In this document: piece after piece, positions 1 through 9,223 of the stretch
Layout of the letters: the number at the start of each line of letters is the position of its first letter
Numbering within the stretch: the first letter of the stretch is position 1
Assembly: GCA_037137755.1 (NCBI GenBank)
Contig: JBAXJR010000037.1
Location: forward strand, 1 to 22,532
Length of the DNA stretch: 22,532 nt
From: Methanomicrobiales archaeon
Lineage (GTDB): Archaea; Halobacteriota; Methanomicrobia; Methanomicrobiales; Methanospirillaceae
Direction of reading: 5' to 3'
The notes under the pieces: generated by a model
What the model saw: the letters and a program-made list of their open reading frames with translations, nothing else
The model's database searches: none
Told to the model about the DNA's origin: nothing
Program-made: the position numbers and the translations under genes

Positions 1-217
1 GGTCGGCAAGGATAGGTGTCGGGTTTAAGCACCAGTTGCAGGTGAAGGGGGCGCTTCCCCGCCACTGGCAGTTATCAGGCCGCTCGGTCTGGACATACGC
101 CTTCCCCAGCTGGATTGTTCCGGCAGTGACCACCCCGGAACAGGTGAAACTTACAATAAAAAAGACGGCAAAAAGAGAAATAATCCGTGATCCAATTATT
201 GGAAGCGATCTGGGCAT
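1..217 (-). CDS. Secreted protein, N-terminal part (runs off left edge)
   Basis: Manual translation from ATG at 217: MPRSLPIIGSRIISLFAVFFIVSFTCSGVVTA|GTIQLGKAYVQTERPDNCQWRGSAPFTCNWCLNPTPILAD..., open to the window edge. It has a signal-peptide-like N-terminus and TTTATATAAA 24 nt upstream. Not in the ORF track. Confidence 0.6.
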   Translation of the reverse strand, partial: MPRSLPIIGSRIISLFAVFFIVSFTCSGVVTAGTIQLGKAYVQTERPDNCQWRGSAPFTCNWCLNPTPILAD

Positions 218-240
218 GATACGTAAATCGTATTTTTTCC

Positions 241-250
241 TTTATATAAA
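241..250 (-). promoter_or_regulatory. Putative archaeal TATA box for the left-edge gene
   Basis: Palindromic TTTATATAAA 24-33 nt upstream of ATG 217, the spacing typical of leaderless or short-leader archaeal transcripts. Confidence 0.45.
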
Positions 251-675
251 TGATGCCATTGAAATACGCATGAACAGGACGTTCATATCCCGGCCCTGGG
301 CCAATAACCGTAAAGGCAAACGTATCCGGGATCTCTAAATCTGCCTGATCTCTATACCCAACCGGGTGATACGCCAGGTCATCAGCCGTGAACAGAGATC
401 TCGTAATAACCAACTCACAATACGGTGACGCGGTAACGTTCGCTCCTCTGCATCGAGCGATTCTGCACCACACGTTACGCCTGAGGCAGCAGCCCTTCAT
501 CGTAAAGGGCATACTATTGTCGCAGAGCAGGGAGGATAGTCATTGGGTGAGGGTGAATATTCAGGCTAATTATTGAGTCCTGTTATAGATTTTGAGTTTA
601 TTTAAGGCGTGGTTTAGAAATATGGGGCGTGACTGATGGAAACCTGACGAAGCCTTTGAGATAGCATCAGATACC

Positions 676-1665
676 ATGAAGACCAAACCTCATGACGATC
701 ACGCGATTTCCATGACCTACAGCGTTTCCCTCATCTCAATGGAAGAAACCGAGACCCTGACTGAGCGGTATCTTCCAAAAGTCCGTTACGAGATAAAATC
801 CGAGATCTATGGCTGCTGCATAAAACTTCTCTGCGATGACCATGCACTCCGGGATACCTGGGAGGACAACTTTTACTCGATGTCTCAAAACATCCGTTCG
901 CATGGCAGGCTTTTTGTTTTCAGTGACCCTTCTTACCCGGCTGACACCGTGCTCTTTGACCCGCATGCAAAAACCGTGTTTCTGCTCAATATCCGGTATT
1001 ATGGATGGATAAAATCCCTCGCACTCAGTCTTTGCGGGGATATCCTCGAAGATGAACATGGTATCTGGTCAGTGCACGGGGCCTGCATGGACATTGATGG
1101 AAAAGGACTTGCCCTGGTAGGTGCACCCGGATCCGGGAAAACCACGCAGATCTACGGGCTGCTGACCAACCCGCGGACCCGGATTATATCGGATGACTGG
1201 TTCTTCTTCCGGGTGTACGGGGAGGAGATCCTCGGTTACGGTTCGGAGAAGAATTTCTACATCCAGGAAGAGCTTGCTACTATCTGGAAAGAGTTCGGGG
1301 AACTGGTTCCCGGCCATGCTTTTGACCCTGACCGGAGGGCTGTTGCTGATGTGCGATGGGTCATTGGAAAAGGGAGGATCCTGCCCCAGACAACCATAAG
1401 AACCCTCATTGTCCTCAAGCGGGACCCGGCAGACCAAAACGGCGCACAATCACTCGATCCTGACAAGGCATTGAAACTTTTTCGCGAACATAGCTATTTC
1501 AATCCGCACCTTCTTATCCGGGATTCCTTCAAAACACGTGTAAGGGATAAGTTTATCGGAGATCTGATTACCCGGACCCAGTGTTATTGTGTGAATACAA
1601 CAGGGTCTCCCGAAGAGACCCAGAAACTGATACGTTCCCTGGCAGGTGTAAAACAGGCACAGTAA
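676..1665 (+). CDS. HPr kinase/PEPCK-like P-loop protein (family often auto-annotated 'aldolase' in methanogens)
   Basis: 329-aa ORF with HGAC...GAPGSGKTT (Walker A) and IISDDW (HPrK-type DD motif). The true start may be ATG 712. Confidence 0.75.
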   Translation: MKTKPHDDHAISMTYSVSLISMEETETLTERYLPKVRYEIKSEIYGCCIKLLCDDHALRDTWEDNFYSMSQNIRSHGRLFVFSDPSYPADTVLFDPHAKTVFLLNIRYYGWIKSLALSLCGDILEDEHGIWSVHGACMDIDGKGLALVGAPGSGKTTQIYGLLTNPRTRIISDDWFFFRVYGEEILGYGSEKNFYIQEELATIWKEFGELVPGHAFDPDRRAVADVRWVIGKGRILPQTTIRTLIVLKRDPADQNGAQSLDPDKALKLFREHSYFNPHLLIRDSFKTRVRDKFIGDLITRTQCYCVNTTGSPEETQKLIRSLAGVKQAQ

Positions 1666-2052
1666 CCCGGTATCTTTTTGATTCCTACACCAGAAGGACG
1701 TTTATAGAATAAAAAAACCAGGTTTTGCCATTCCTCGGAATAATAACCAGGTTACAGGGATGGAGTCCTTTTTGGTGCTTGTGAGCACCTCCCGTAATAT
1801 GGGCGTCACATTCGGCCAGGTGTTGGCATTGCGAACAATCCAGAAGTGTTTTGCATATCATGATATCGTTTGATATCCCGTAAAAGGGCGCAATCCAGAT
1901 AACCTTCTGGATGAATTGCAAATGTTGTGTCAAATATTAGGATGAACATATCAACACCGGGTCCCTGGAAAAGAATGGGTATCCTCGAAAAGGTAACTTT
2001 TTATAACACCCTCTCGAATGCTCAATTGCCCTGCAAAGGGCAGAGGTGAGTG

Positions 2053-2322
2053 ATGCTTTTTATTGCATTGGCAAAATACAAAACGAAGTTGAGCAGGGAA
2101 GTTGTAGACCAGAACCTGAAGGATATAGAGGCTGACACGAAAGGACAAGTCCGGTACCTGGGTATCTACTGGACACTCGGAAGGTACGACAGCGTAATCC
2201 TCTTTGAAGCACCGGACGAAAAAGTAGCAATGAACCTGGTCTTAAAACGGGCGGACCGGATGGAAATTGAAACGCTCGTGGCCGTACCGGCAGATGAAGG
2301 GAGCCCGGCAGGACCAGCCTGA
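2053..2322 (+). CDS. GYD domain-containing protein
   Basis: ~89 aa with the YWTLGRYDSVILFEAPD signature. GAGGTGA RBS at 2043-2049. Start is GTG 2050 or ATG 2053. Confidence 0.85.
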   Translation: MLFIALAKYKTKLSREVVDQNLKDIEADTKGQVRYLGIYWTLGRYDSVILFEAPDEKVAMNLVLKRADRMEIETLVAVPADEGSPAGPA

Positions 2323-2514
2323 CCTGGTGGTTCATTACCTGCCGTATCATCCTTTTTCTTTCGGTCCTCCCGAAAATTCCAAAATGCCGGGGTGGAAACG
2401 GGAAGTGTGTACTTCCCGGTACGACTACTAACCGGGAAAATTGTGCGGTGTTCCGGATGTGGGTATTGGATAAAAACAGTTTCCTGTTCCCACAACATCC
2501 TGGAAGGGGACCTT

Positions 2515-3732
2515 TCAGAATACCGGGATAAGACCGGGGTTATCGCCGGTAATACACCTTCCACCGCCACGGGTAACCACAAAGGTATTTTCGATGCCGA
2601 CAAGCCCGACATCCGGGATCCCCTTCTTTGGTTCAATGGCAAATACCATTCCTTCCTGGAGCGGCTCACAAAATCCCTCAGCAATGACTGGTATTTCGTC
2701 GATCCAGAGCCCGATCCCGTGGCCGAGGAATTTCACCGCATGATTTTCGAACCCCATAAAATTGGCCAGGAACTCAGGTCCGAGGTCTGCCATGACTGAC
2801 CTGTAGATCTCCTGGGGGATGGCGCCCGGTTGTAACATTGCTGCCAGCTGGTGCTGGATCTCCACGCATTGTTCATGCACCTGTATTGCGTCCTCCGGGA
2901 TTGAATTGCCGAACATGTACGACATCGTCTTGTCTGTCTGGTAGCCCTGATATCCACACCCGATGTCGATGACGACAAGGTCACCGTTCCGGAGTTTCCG
3001 CTCCCGGCATCCCATCAGCGGGGTGGAAGGGTGCATTCCGCTGATCCCTCCCGGGGTGTTCACGCAGGTCGGGGAGATGGAGCTGGTGCCAAACCCGATC
3101 TGGCCCAGCAGCATCTCATTGAACATGCCGAACCGGATGATCCCCTGGTGCCCCTCCTCTACCATGAGGGTGAAAAGGTCGCACGTGAGGGAGACCTCAC
3201 TCATGCCTTCAAAAAGCATACCGGGTACACAGTCTTCCAGCACGTGACGGTGGATCCTCCCGGCCTGCTCCATCAGGGAGAGCTCGTACGGGCTTTTCAC
3301 GGACCTGACCGCACCCACCTGTTCATCGACTCCCCTGATATCAGTGAATGGCAGGTACTTCTGCAACCGCTGGAGTTGGGCAAAGGTCATCTGGTCTGTT
3401 TCCAGATACACTGAAGACGGGAGATCGCCCATACCGGCTGCCACATCACGATAGCTCTTCATCTTTCGGATATCAGAAAAAAGTGATTCGTTCTGCGCCC
3501 GCTCGAAACTCTGGCGGACCCAGAACACCGGTTCTCCACCGCTGGGGATCAGGAGGAGACCGTCCTGCATCGTCCCGGTGAAGTAGTAGAGGGGTATCTT
3601 TCCAACAATGGCCGCAAGCTCCCAGCCCGGGCGTGCATAATCCATCCTGGCCCGGAAACGGTTCATACGGTCTTCGAGTTCCCGGAATGGGACGTTATCC
3701 TGCATATGCATACAATGTCTGAAGATAGTCAT
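2515..3732 (-). CDS. Xaa-Pro peptidase family protein (M24 metallopeptidase)
   Basis: Creatinase-N-like region, then VRSVKSPYE and the metal ligands VVIDIG, QTDKT, FLGHGIG, AIEPK and GIENT. Likely start ATG 3705. Confidence 0.9.
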   Translation of the reverse strand: MTIFRHCMHMQDNVPFRELEDRMNRFRARMDYARPGWELAAIVGKIPLYYFTGTMQDGLLLIPSGGEPVFWVRQSFERAQNESLFSDIRKMKSYRDVAAGMGDLPSSVYLETDQMTFAQLQRLQKYLPFTDIRGVDEQVGAVRSVKSPYELSLMEQAGRIHRHVLEDCVPGMLFEGMSEVSLTCDLFTLMVEEGHQGIIRFGMFNEMLLGQIGFGTSSISPTCVNTPGGISGMHPSTPLMGCRERKLRNGDLVVIDIGCGYQGYQTDKTMSYMFGNSIPEDAIQVHEQCVEIQHQLAAMLQPGAIPQEIYRSVMADLGPEFLANFMGFENHAVKFLGHGIGLWIDEIPVIAEGFCEPLQEGMVFAIEPKKGIPDVGLVGIENTFVVTRGGGRCITGDNPGLIPVF

Positions 3733-4196
3733 GCATAATGGTTCCCGCTCATTCGTCCCTCACCGGTCCCACTCTCCCGGCTTTCCAAAACGCATCAACG
3801 GTTATCATGATCAGTAAAAATCTGTTACACACCAGTTTTTTAGCTTTGTTACAATCCCCCTCAAAACTATCTTGCAGATTTTGTAATCTCAAAATCAGCC
3901 ACCCTCCAGGGGCTATACCCTGCCGCTTTGGCGACCCCGTTTGGGATAGGAAATGTTCTCCCGAATCTCTGAAAATTTTCGTGAATTCTACCGTTTAACC
4001 TGTCCAAGGACTATCTTATCCAAAAATTTTCCTGAGCACATACAAAAGCATTAAGGATCGATTCCATATTACTAAAATAGGATGTTAAAAAAAAATAACA
4101 TGGTCTGAAAACAGGCGAAAGATAGCGGGTATTTGAGAATCACGGTCAATGCTAAAAATAGCATGCCATAATGAACTATTGTGGGGGAAGCCAAAA

Positions 4197-4652
4197 ATGC
4201 GGGATAAAAGATTTATTGCAGAACACCGGGGGGGACCGTTGAAAAAGGAACAGCACTACCTGTTAATCCAGTGGGCATGCGGCTGTGCGGAAAATGTTCT
4301 CCCGCTCTTCGGTGAAATAACCGATGAACGACTAACTACTGCACTCCATGTGGCGAAAGAGTGGAAATCGGGAAATGCTTCAGTTGGTGACGCGATGAAC
4401 GCTTCAGTAGCTGCACATGCTGCGGCAAGAGATTCTTTGAATCCGGTTTCAATAGCGGTAGCTCGTTCCGTTGCACAGGCTGTCGCAACTGCTCACATGG
4501 CTGACCATTCGTTAGGTGCAGCGTGGTATGCTTTGAAAGCCGTGAAATATGCAGGTAAATCAATGGATGAAGAAAGAAGATGGCAGGATAAACAATTACC
4601 CCCAGAGATTAAGGATCTTGTCCTGACTGCAAGGGAAATCAGAAAGATTTAA
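4197..4652 (+). CDS. Imm5-like 'putative immunity protein' (alanine-rich helical)
   Basis: WACGCAENVLPLF...DER...W..G...VGDA...AAHAAAR...AVARSVAQAVATAHMADH...EERRWQ...LP pattern. Start ATG 4197 (the ORF extends up to 4149). Confidence 0.75.
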   Translation: MRDKRFIAEHRGGPLKKEQHYLLIQWACGCAENVLPLFGEITDERLTTALHVAKEWKSGNASVGDAMNASVAAHAAARDSLNPVSIAVARSVAQAVATAHMADHSLGAAWYALKAVKYAGKSMDEERRWQDKQLPPEIKDLVLTAREIRKI

Positions 4653-4875
4653 ACAAATAATTTAACCGGGTTCTTTAGAAATCCCGTTCCTATTGAAAAG
4701 ATCCGACCTGTCTGATAATCAATCCGGATCTTATCCATCATCGACTCCGTAGAGAATATATACCAGAGTTTTGATCTGTTTATCGTTGATAGTAATTGGC
4801 GGGACAATCTCCCTTTTTCGTTTATTATCATCAATCCTGTCTGGCGGGTAATCCCCAGGTTTCGTTGGAGGAATA

Positions 4876-5625
4876 ATGAACAAAATCTTAAAGAGCGTCT
4901 TGCTGGTGCTGGCGAGCGTGTTACTCGTCGGGGTCATCGTTTTTATCGCCTGGGGGATGACCCCCCTGGGTCCTGACGATCAGGCACTGGCAGCGATGGA
5001 ACCGGGCGGAGGTATCAATGTTCAGGATAACGGAAATTTCGTAACCTTTTCCCCGATCGCGAATCAACCCATTACCGCTCTCATCATCTACCCCGGAGGG
5101 CATGTCGATTATCGTTCTTACGCCCCAATTGCGCGCCAGATTGCCAGTCGCGGCTACCAGGTCTCTATTGTCAGGATGCCGTTATCTCTGCCGGTATTTG
5201 GCGTAAATAAGGCAGATGAGGTGATCACTGCATTTCCGGGTATCAGGTACTGGGTTATAGGGGGTCACTCCCTTGGGGGATCGATGGCGGCTTCGTATGC
5301 CAGGGATAATTCCCACAAGGTACAGGGGTTGTTTTTATGGGCGTCGTACCCTCCGGGGAGCGATGACCTGTCGACAACAGACTTAAAGGGCCTTTCAACC
5401 TACGGGTCGAACGATATGGTTCTTAACATGGGCAGCTTAAATTCGACCCTCGTTCTGCTCCCGCCGGGGACTATCAGGAAGGTGATCGAAGGTGGCAACC
5501 ATGCCCAGTTTGGCAATTATGGTCCGCAACCAGGAGACGGCGTCGCAACGATCTCTGCCGAAGACCAGCAGACGCAGGCGACTGACCTGACGGTGCGATT
5601 GGTACGGGCTGTTGAGGGAGAATAA
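4876..5625 (+). CDS. Alpha/beta hydrolase (Abhydrolase_5-like) with N-terminal membrane anchor
   Basis: IYPGG oxyanion region, GHSLGG nucleophile elbow, GSND acid and GGNHAQFG His motif. GGAGGA RBS. Confidence 0.9.
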   Translation: MNKILKSVLLVLASVLLVGVIVFIAWGMTPLGPDDQALAAMEPGGGINVQDNGNFVTFSPIANQPITALIIYPGGHVDYRSYAPIARQIASRGYQVSIVRMPLSLPVFGVNKADEVITAFPGIRYWVIGGHSLGGSMAASYARDNSHKVQGLFLWASYPPGSDDLSTTDLKGLSTYGSNDMVLNMGSLNSTLVLLPPGTIRKVIEGGNHAQFGNYGPQPGDGVATISAEDQQTQATDLTVRLVRAVEGE

Positions 5626-5888
5626 TTTGGAGTCCTTTTAAAATCGTTTTTTAATTCCACCTGGCGGAGATCCGTCCCAATAGTATTGTTAACCCGCTTC
5701 AGTCACCTCTTGTCCCATTCGGGGCAGGAGAGAAAATAAAATGTCCGGTTTCACAAAGGAAACGTAACAGCTTACCTGCTGACACAACAAAAAAAATGGT
5801 ACGCGGTGGATAATACAGGGATACCTGACATAACCCTTGGTCCTGGAGGCTATAATAAGCAGGGGAATTAAACCTGATTGTCGTACTC

Positions 5889-6803
5889 ATGTCACAAATC
5901 TTCCTGGCCCCGGTCCCGCCTTACAATTTTGATATCAGTGCCCGTATTTTTTCAAGGGGTGATCCATCCATCAGGATCTACGATAACGGGGTGTACCGCC
6001 AGGCACTCGATATCCAGGGCTATCCGACCCTTATCGAAGTCCGTTCAATTGGGACAACCGATAACCCCCGCCTGGAAGTGACCGCTACCCCAGGATCGGA
6101 CGGGGTCATGCCGGAAGATGCTGTTATCACGGGTATCGTTGCATCAATGTTCAATATTTATGACGATTTGGCTCCGTTTTACCACGCGGTAAAGGAAGAT
6201 CCGGTGATGGCTGACCTCACCCGCCAGTTCCACGGCCTGAAGTCCCCGACCACGCCGACATTGTATGAGGCACTCGTCGACTCGATCATCGAACAGCAGA
6301 TCTCGCTGAATGTGGCACACAGCCTCCAGGTAAGGCTGATAAAAAAGACCGGAAAGCGGCTTGACACCGGGACAGCATTATATTATTGTTACCCATCGCC
6401 AGAGGCCCTAGCTGGTGCCCCCGAGACGTTGTTCCGCGAATGCGGGATGACTACCAGGAAAGGGGAATACATACGGGAATTATCCGGCTCTATTGTTTCC
6501 GGGGATCTCGACCTTGATACATTCAGGGGATACCATGATACGGACAGGATCATCCGTGAAATGATGGAAATCCGTGGTATCGGCAAATGGACCGCCGAAC
6601 TCACGATCATCCGGGGCATCCACAAACTGGATGCGTTCCCTGCAGATGACGTGGGGTTACAGAGGATCCTCTCGAGGTTTTACCGGAACGGAAAAAAAGT
6701 CTCCAGCGAGGAGGCCCGCCTGATTGCAGCCGGGTGGGGTGCATGGCAGGGACTTGCTGCCTTTTATCTCGACCTGGCCGAGTACCTCGGGGTAGTCCCC
6801 TGA
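5889..6803 (+). CDS. alkA: DNA-3-methyladenine glycosylase II (HhH-GPD family)
   Basis: YEALVDSIIEQQIS, YPSPEAL, HhH motif IRGIGKWTAE and catalytic FPADDVGL. Confidence 0.88.
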   Translation: MSQIFLAPVPPYNFDISARIFSRGDPSIRIYDNGVYRQALDIQGYPTLIEVRSIGTTDNPRLEVTATPGSDGVMPEDAVITGIVASMFNIYDDLAPFYHAVKEDPVMADLTRQFHGLKSPTTPTLYEALVDSIIEQQISLNVAHSLQVRLIKKTGKRLDTGTALYYCYPSPEALAGAPETLFRECGMTTRKGEYIRELSGSIVSGDLDLDTFRGYHDTDRIIREMMEIRGIGKWTAELTIIRGIHKLDAFPADDVGLQRILSRFYRNGKKVSSEEARLIAAGWGAWQGLAAFYLDLAEYLGVVP

Positions 6804-7084
6804 CCTGGGGCAATGCGAAGTCCAGGCTACCAGGGCAAACCTCCATTCCACGCTGGGCCACGGAATCCCGGACAATAATTGCCCCGGAATTACCAGATAA
6901 AAAACAACAGGGGCACCGGGTGGCAGGATGCCTTGCTCCAGGGAGGGGGACCATCCTGAATTATGCAGCCTGCATTGTTCCCTGCGATATCCGGACTTTT
7001 ATTATTGAGGGACTGTCCGGTGGCTACATGATAAACATATTAAAACAGGATGTCGAATATAATCGACAAATAGTGATGTAGGGG

Positions 7085-8233
7085 TTGCTTATAATCATAC
7101 CCAGGTATGCTGCTGTCATGTTATTTCTGGCGCTCATCGTAGCTGGTGCCCAGGCCTACGAGATCGCGATCGATGCCCCTACTTCAATCCAGGCGGGAGC
7201 CCCCCTTCCCGTTAACGGGACCACAAACCTGGCTGATGGTGTGAGTATTACCATTGCACTGTCAAATGCTGACTACAGTACCATTGGCATAGAAAAGAAG
7301 GACATTGTTGTCCAGCATAGTGATGAAAACAAGTCATTTTCGGTGGTATTTGATACGACCGGCCTGAAAAAGGGGCAGTATAAGGTAGAAGTATTACCAA
7401 TATCGGGCTTTTCGTTCCTTGGCAGTTCGGTTACCATTCGCCCGGTGACACTCATTGACCGCTCTGATGAACTGGTAATCACTCCCCCGCTCAACAAAGA
7501 ATTCGACGGGTCGTTAACTATTGCAGGAAACGGCCCCCTGATGATTAATTCAGGTTTGGATGTCGTGGTGACCAGTTCAAATGGTACACTGCTGTTTGGC
7601 CCGGAATTTATCGGTACCGATTATATGGGGTACTTTTCAAAGACCTTCACCATCCCTGAGCCGGGAGATTACCTCGTACATTTCTCAGATGCCCATGGAT
7701 TTATCGGGAACATTACCTATACCATATCAAAACCCAGGGAACCTCTGCCGGTCCTCGTCCTGCCGGAGGTGACCGGAACGCCAGCCCTCCCACAATTGCC
7801 CCCGGTATCTGCCAGGGCCTCAGCGAGCCGGGAGACCCCGGCATTTTTCGCAGTTATTGCCAACCCGGGGCCGGTCCGGATCTCTACTTCCACCGGCATC
7901 GACTGGGTGATTGAGTACCTCGATAGGAGCGGCACCATTCACAAGGTCCACGAGGCGGGTTCCCAGTACCCCGAGTCGGTAACGTTCCAGAGTGACGGGG
8001 GCACGACCTGGGTGAAGGTGTACCCCTTCAAGTACGGGGATAATAGTACCGTCACGCTCTATGCAGAGAATGCGATGGATGTCCAGACAGCAAAAAAGGG
8101 TGTGGACTTCTTCCCCACAACGTCTGCGACCACTTCAGTGCCGGGGGGTGTCCAGACCTCCCCGTTACCATTCGTTTTATTCCTCGGGGCAATAGCGATT
8201 GGGATCCTGGTTCTGTTGAGAAAACGGGAATAA
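7085..8233 (+). CDS. Cell-surface protein with Ig-like beta domains and C-terminal membrane anchor
   Basis: Signal peptide (…LIVAGAQA|YE), beta-rich body, Thr/Ser linker, then SPLP + hydrophobic helix + RKRE. Start (TTG) uncertain. Confidence 0.8.
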   Translation: MLIIIPRYAAVMLFLALIVAGAQAYEIAIDAPTSIQAGAPLPVNGTTNLADGVSITIALSNADYSTIGIEKKDIVVQHSDENKSFSVVFDTTGLKKGQYKVEVLPISGFSFLGSSVTIRPVTLIDRSDELVITPPLNKEFDGSLTIAGNGPLMINSGLDVVVTSSNGTLLFGPEFIGTDYMGYFSKTFTIPEPGDYLVHFSDAHGFIGNITYTISKPREPLPVLVLPEVTGTPALPQLPPVSARASASRETPAFFAVIANPGPVRISTSTGIDWVIEYLDRSGTIHKVHEAGSQYPESVTFQSDGGTTWVKVYPFKYGDNSTVTLYAENAMDVQTAKKGVDFFPTTSATTSVPGGVQTSPLPFVLFLGAIAIGILVLLRKRE

Positions 8234-8272
8234 AAGGCACGAATCCTGGTTGTGGGTTCAAACCGTTCGTTT

Positions 8273-9042
8273 TTAGTTGTTCCTGCGGTTCAGATGCTCT
8301 TCAAGGCTCCAGAGGAGTTGCCAGGTCCGCTTCAGCATAACTCTCTTTACCGACTTCGAACGGGTTGTCAATGTCCCGGATTAACAGGATTAGTGAGATC
8401 AATAAGCTGGTAATCACCGTGAAAACAATCAGCCCCTCGTACTAGGGATCGAGTTGTATGATCATCATGATAAAGATGACACCAACTGTTGCCAGCTCTG
8501 CGATCGCATAGGCTGAAGGGATAAAGGATGTATGCATGATAATCTCCACCCGGCCTGATATCCTGTCAACGGTGGAGACCTCATTTCCTAGCTTTACCAG
8601 GAACTGCGGTAGGACGTTTTTTTCTGCAAGGTCTGCGATATCGTCATTAATCCTTTCCATGGCGGTATGAATTTCGCTCATCTTTCAGGTGTTGTTCCTG
8701 AAATTGGTAGTTATCACACCCAGCAATTCCCTGGCAATGGTCCTGCAACCCGCGAACTACCTGTTTGTCTTCGAGCTGAATGAGCCTGCTGTCCTGTTAG
8801 AGGTTCCTTATTGCCGATGCAAGTTCACCCGGGATCCGTTCACTTTCCTTGAAGTCAGTTAATGTCCCGGCAAGGATAATGGCAATTGTGAATATGGCTG
8901 CCCCCACAAAAGAACCGATGATGGTAGTTACCGTAATTAAATCGAGTTGTAATGCATCAACAGCGATTCGCACTACGAGAAGTAACAGAGCGATGATGAT
9001 GGCATTTCGTATCAGCCCGTATTTTTTCCTGATCTCGCTCAT
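8273..9042 (-). pseudogene. Disrupted bestrophin-like/DUF4239-like membrane protein
   Basis: Reconstructs to ~255 aa ending ...LLIRDIDNPFEVGKESYAEADL(x)LLWSLEEHLNRRNN*. Lesions: TAA 8797-8799, +1 shift ~8736, TGA 8685-8687, TAG 8442-8444, +1 shift ~8320. The 770 nt equal 256 codons + 2 nt. Confidence 0.8.
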
Positions 9043-9196
9043 AATGAAATCCCCGGTTTCCAGACCGTATTTAGCCTGATATTCCTAAATAGGTAGCAGA
9101 TATAAATGGAATTATGATGGGTATCCTGATAGTTGTCTGGAAACCCGGGCTTTGTTCGAAACCCTGCAATCTGAAAAAGAGAGGGGATACGTTGAA

Positions 9197-9223
9197 AGGA
9201 GTGGGTTTCACCCCTTCCCCGCC
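9197..9223. repeat. Dispersed intergenic repeat, copy 1 (abuts the DAC stop codon; possible terminator)
   Basis: AGGAGTGGGTTTCACCCCTTCCCCGCC matches 19831-19857 at 25/27 nt. On the minus strand it forms a G/C hairpin followed by a T-tract. Confidence 0.65.

Noticed and set aside
75-512. 145-aa minus-strand ORF
   Set aside because: It overlaps, in another frame, the better-supported signal-peptide ORF (1-217) and its TATA box, and has no recognisable motif. A decayed gene remnant at 250-540 cannot be excluded.
1755-1805. Fluoride-riboswitch-like GGGATGGAGTCC followed by hairpin GGTGCT-TGTG-AGCACC
   Set aside because: It lacks the conserved (U)RAUG + ACUCC pseudoknot strand, and no fluoride-related gene lies downstream.
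3895-3985. G/C-run-rich intergenic stretch reminiscent of a MITE-like repeat
   Set aside because: There is no second copy, terminal inverted repeat or target duplication within this window, so it cannot be supported without a genome-wide search.
8442-8444. In-frame TAG (and TGA at 8685-8687) as pyrrolysine or selenocysteine recoding
   Set aside because: The same gene also has a TAA and two frameshifts. The stops are single-base changes from Tyr/Trp codons, which fits pseudogenisation.
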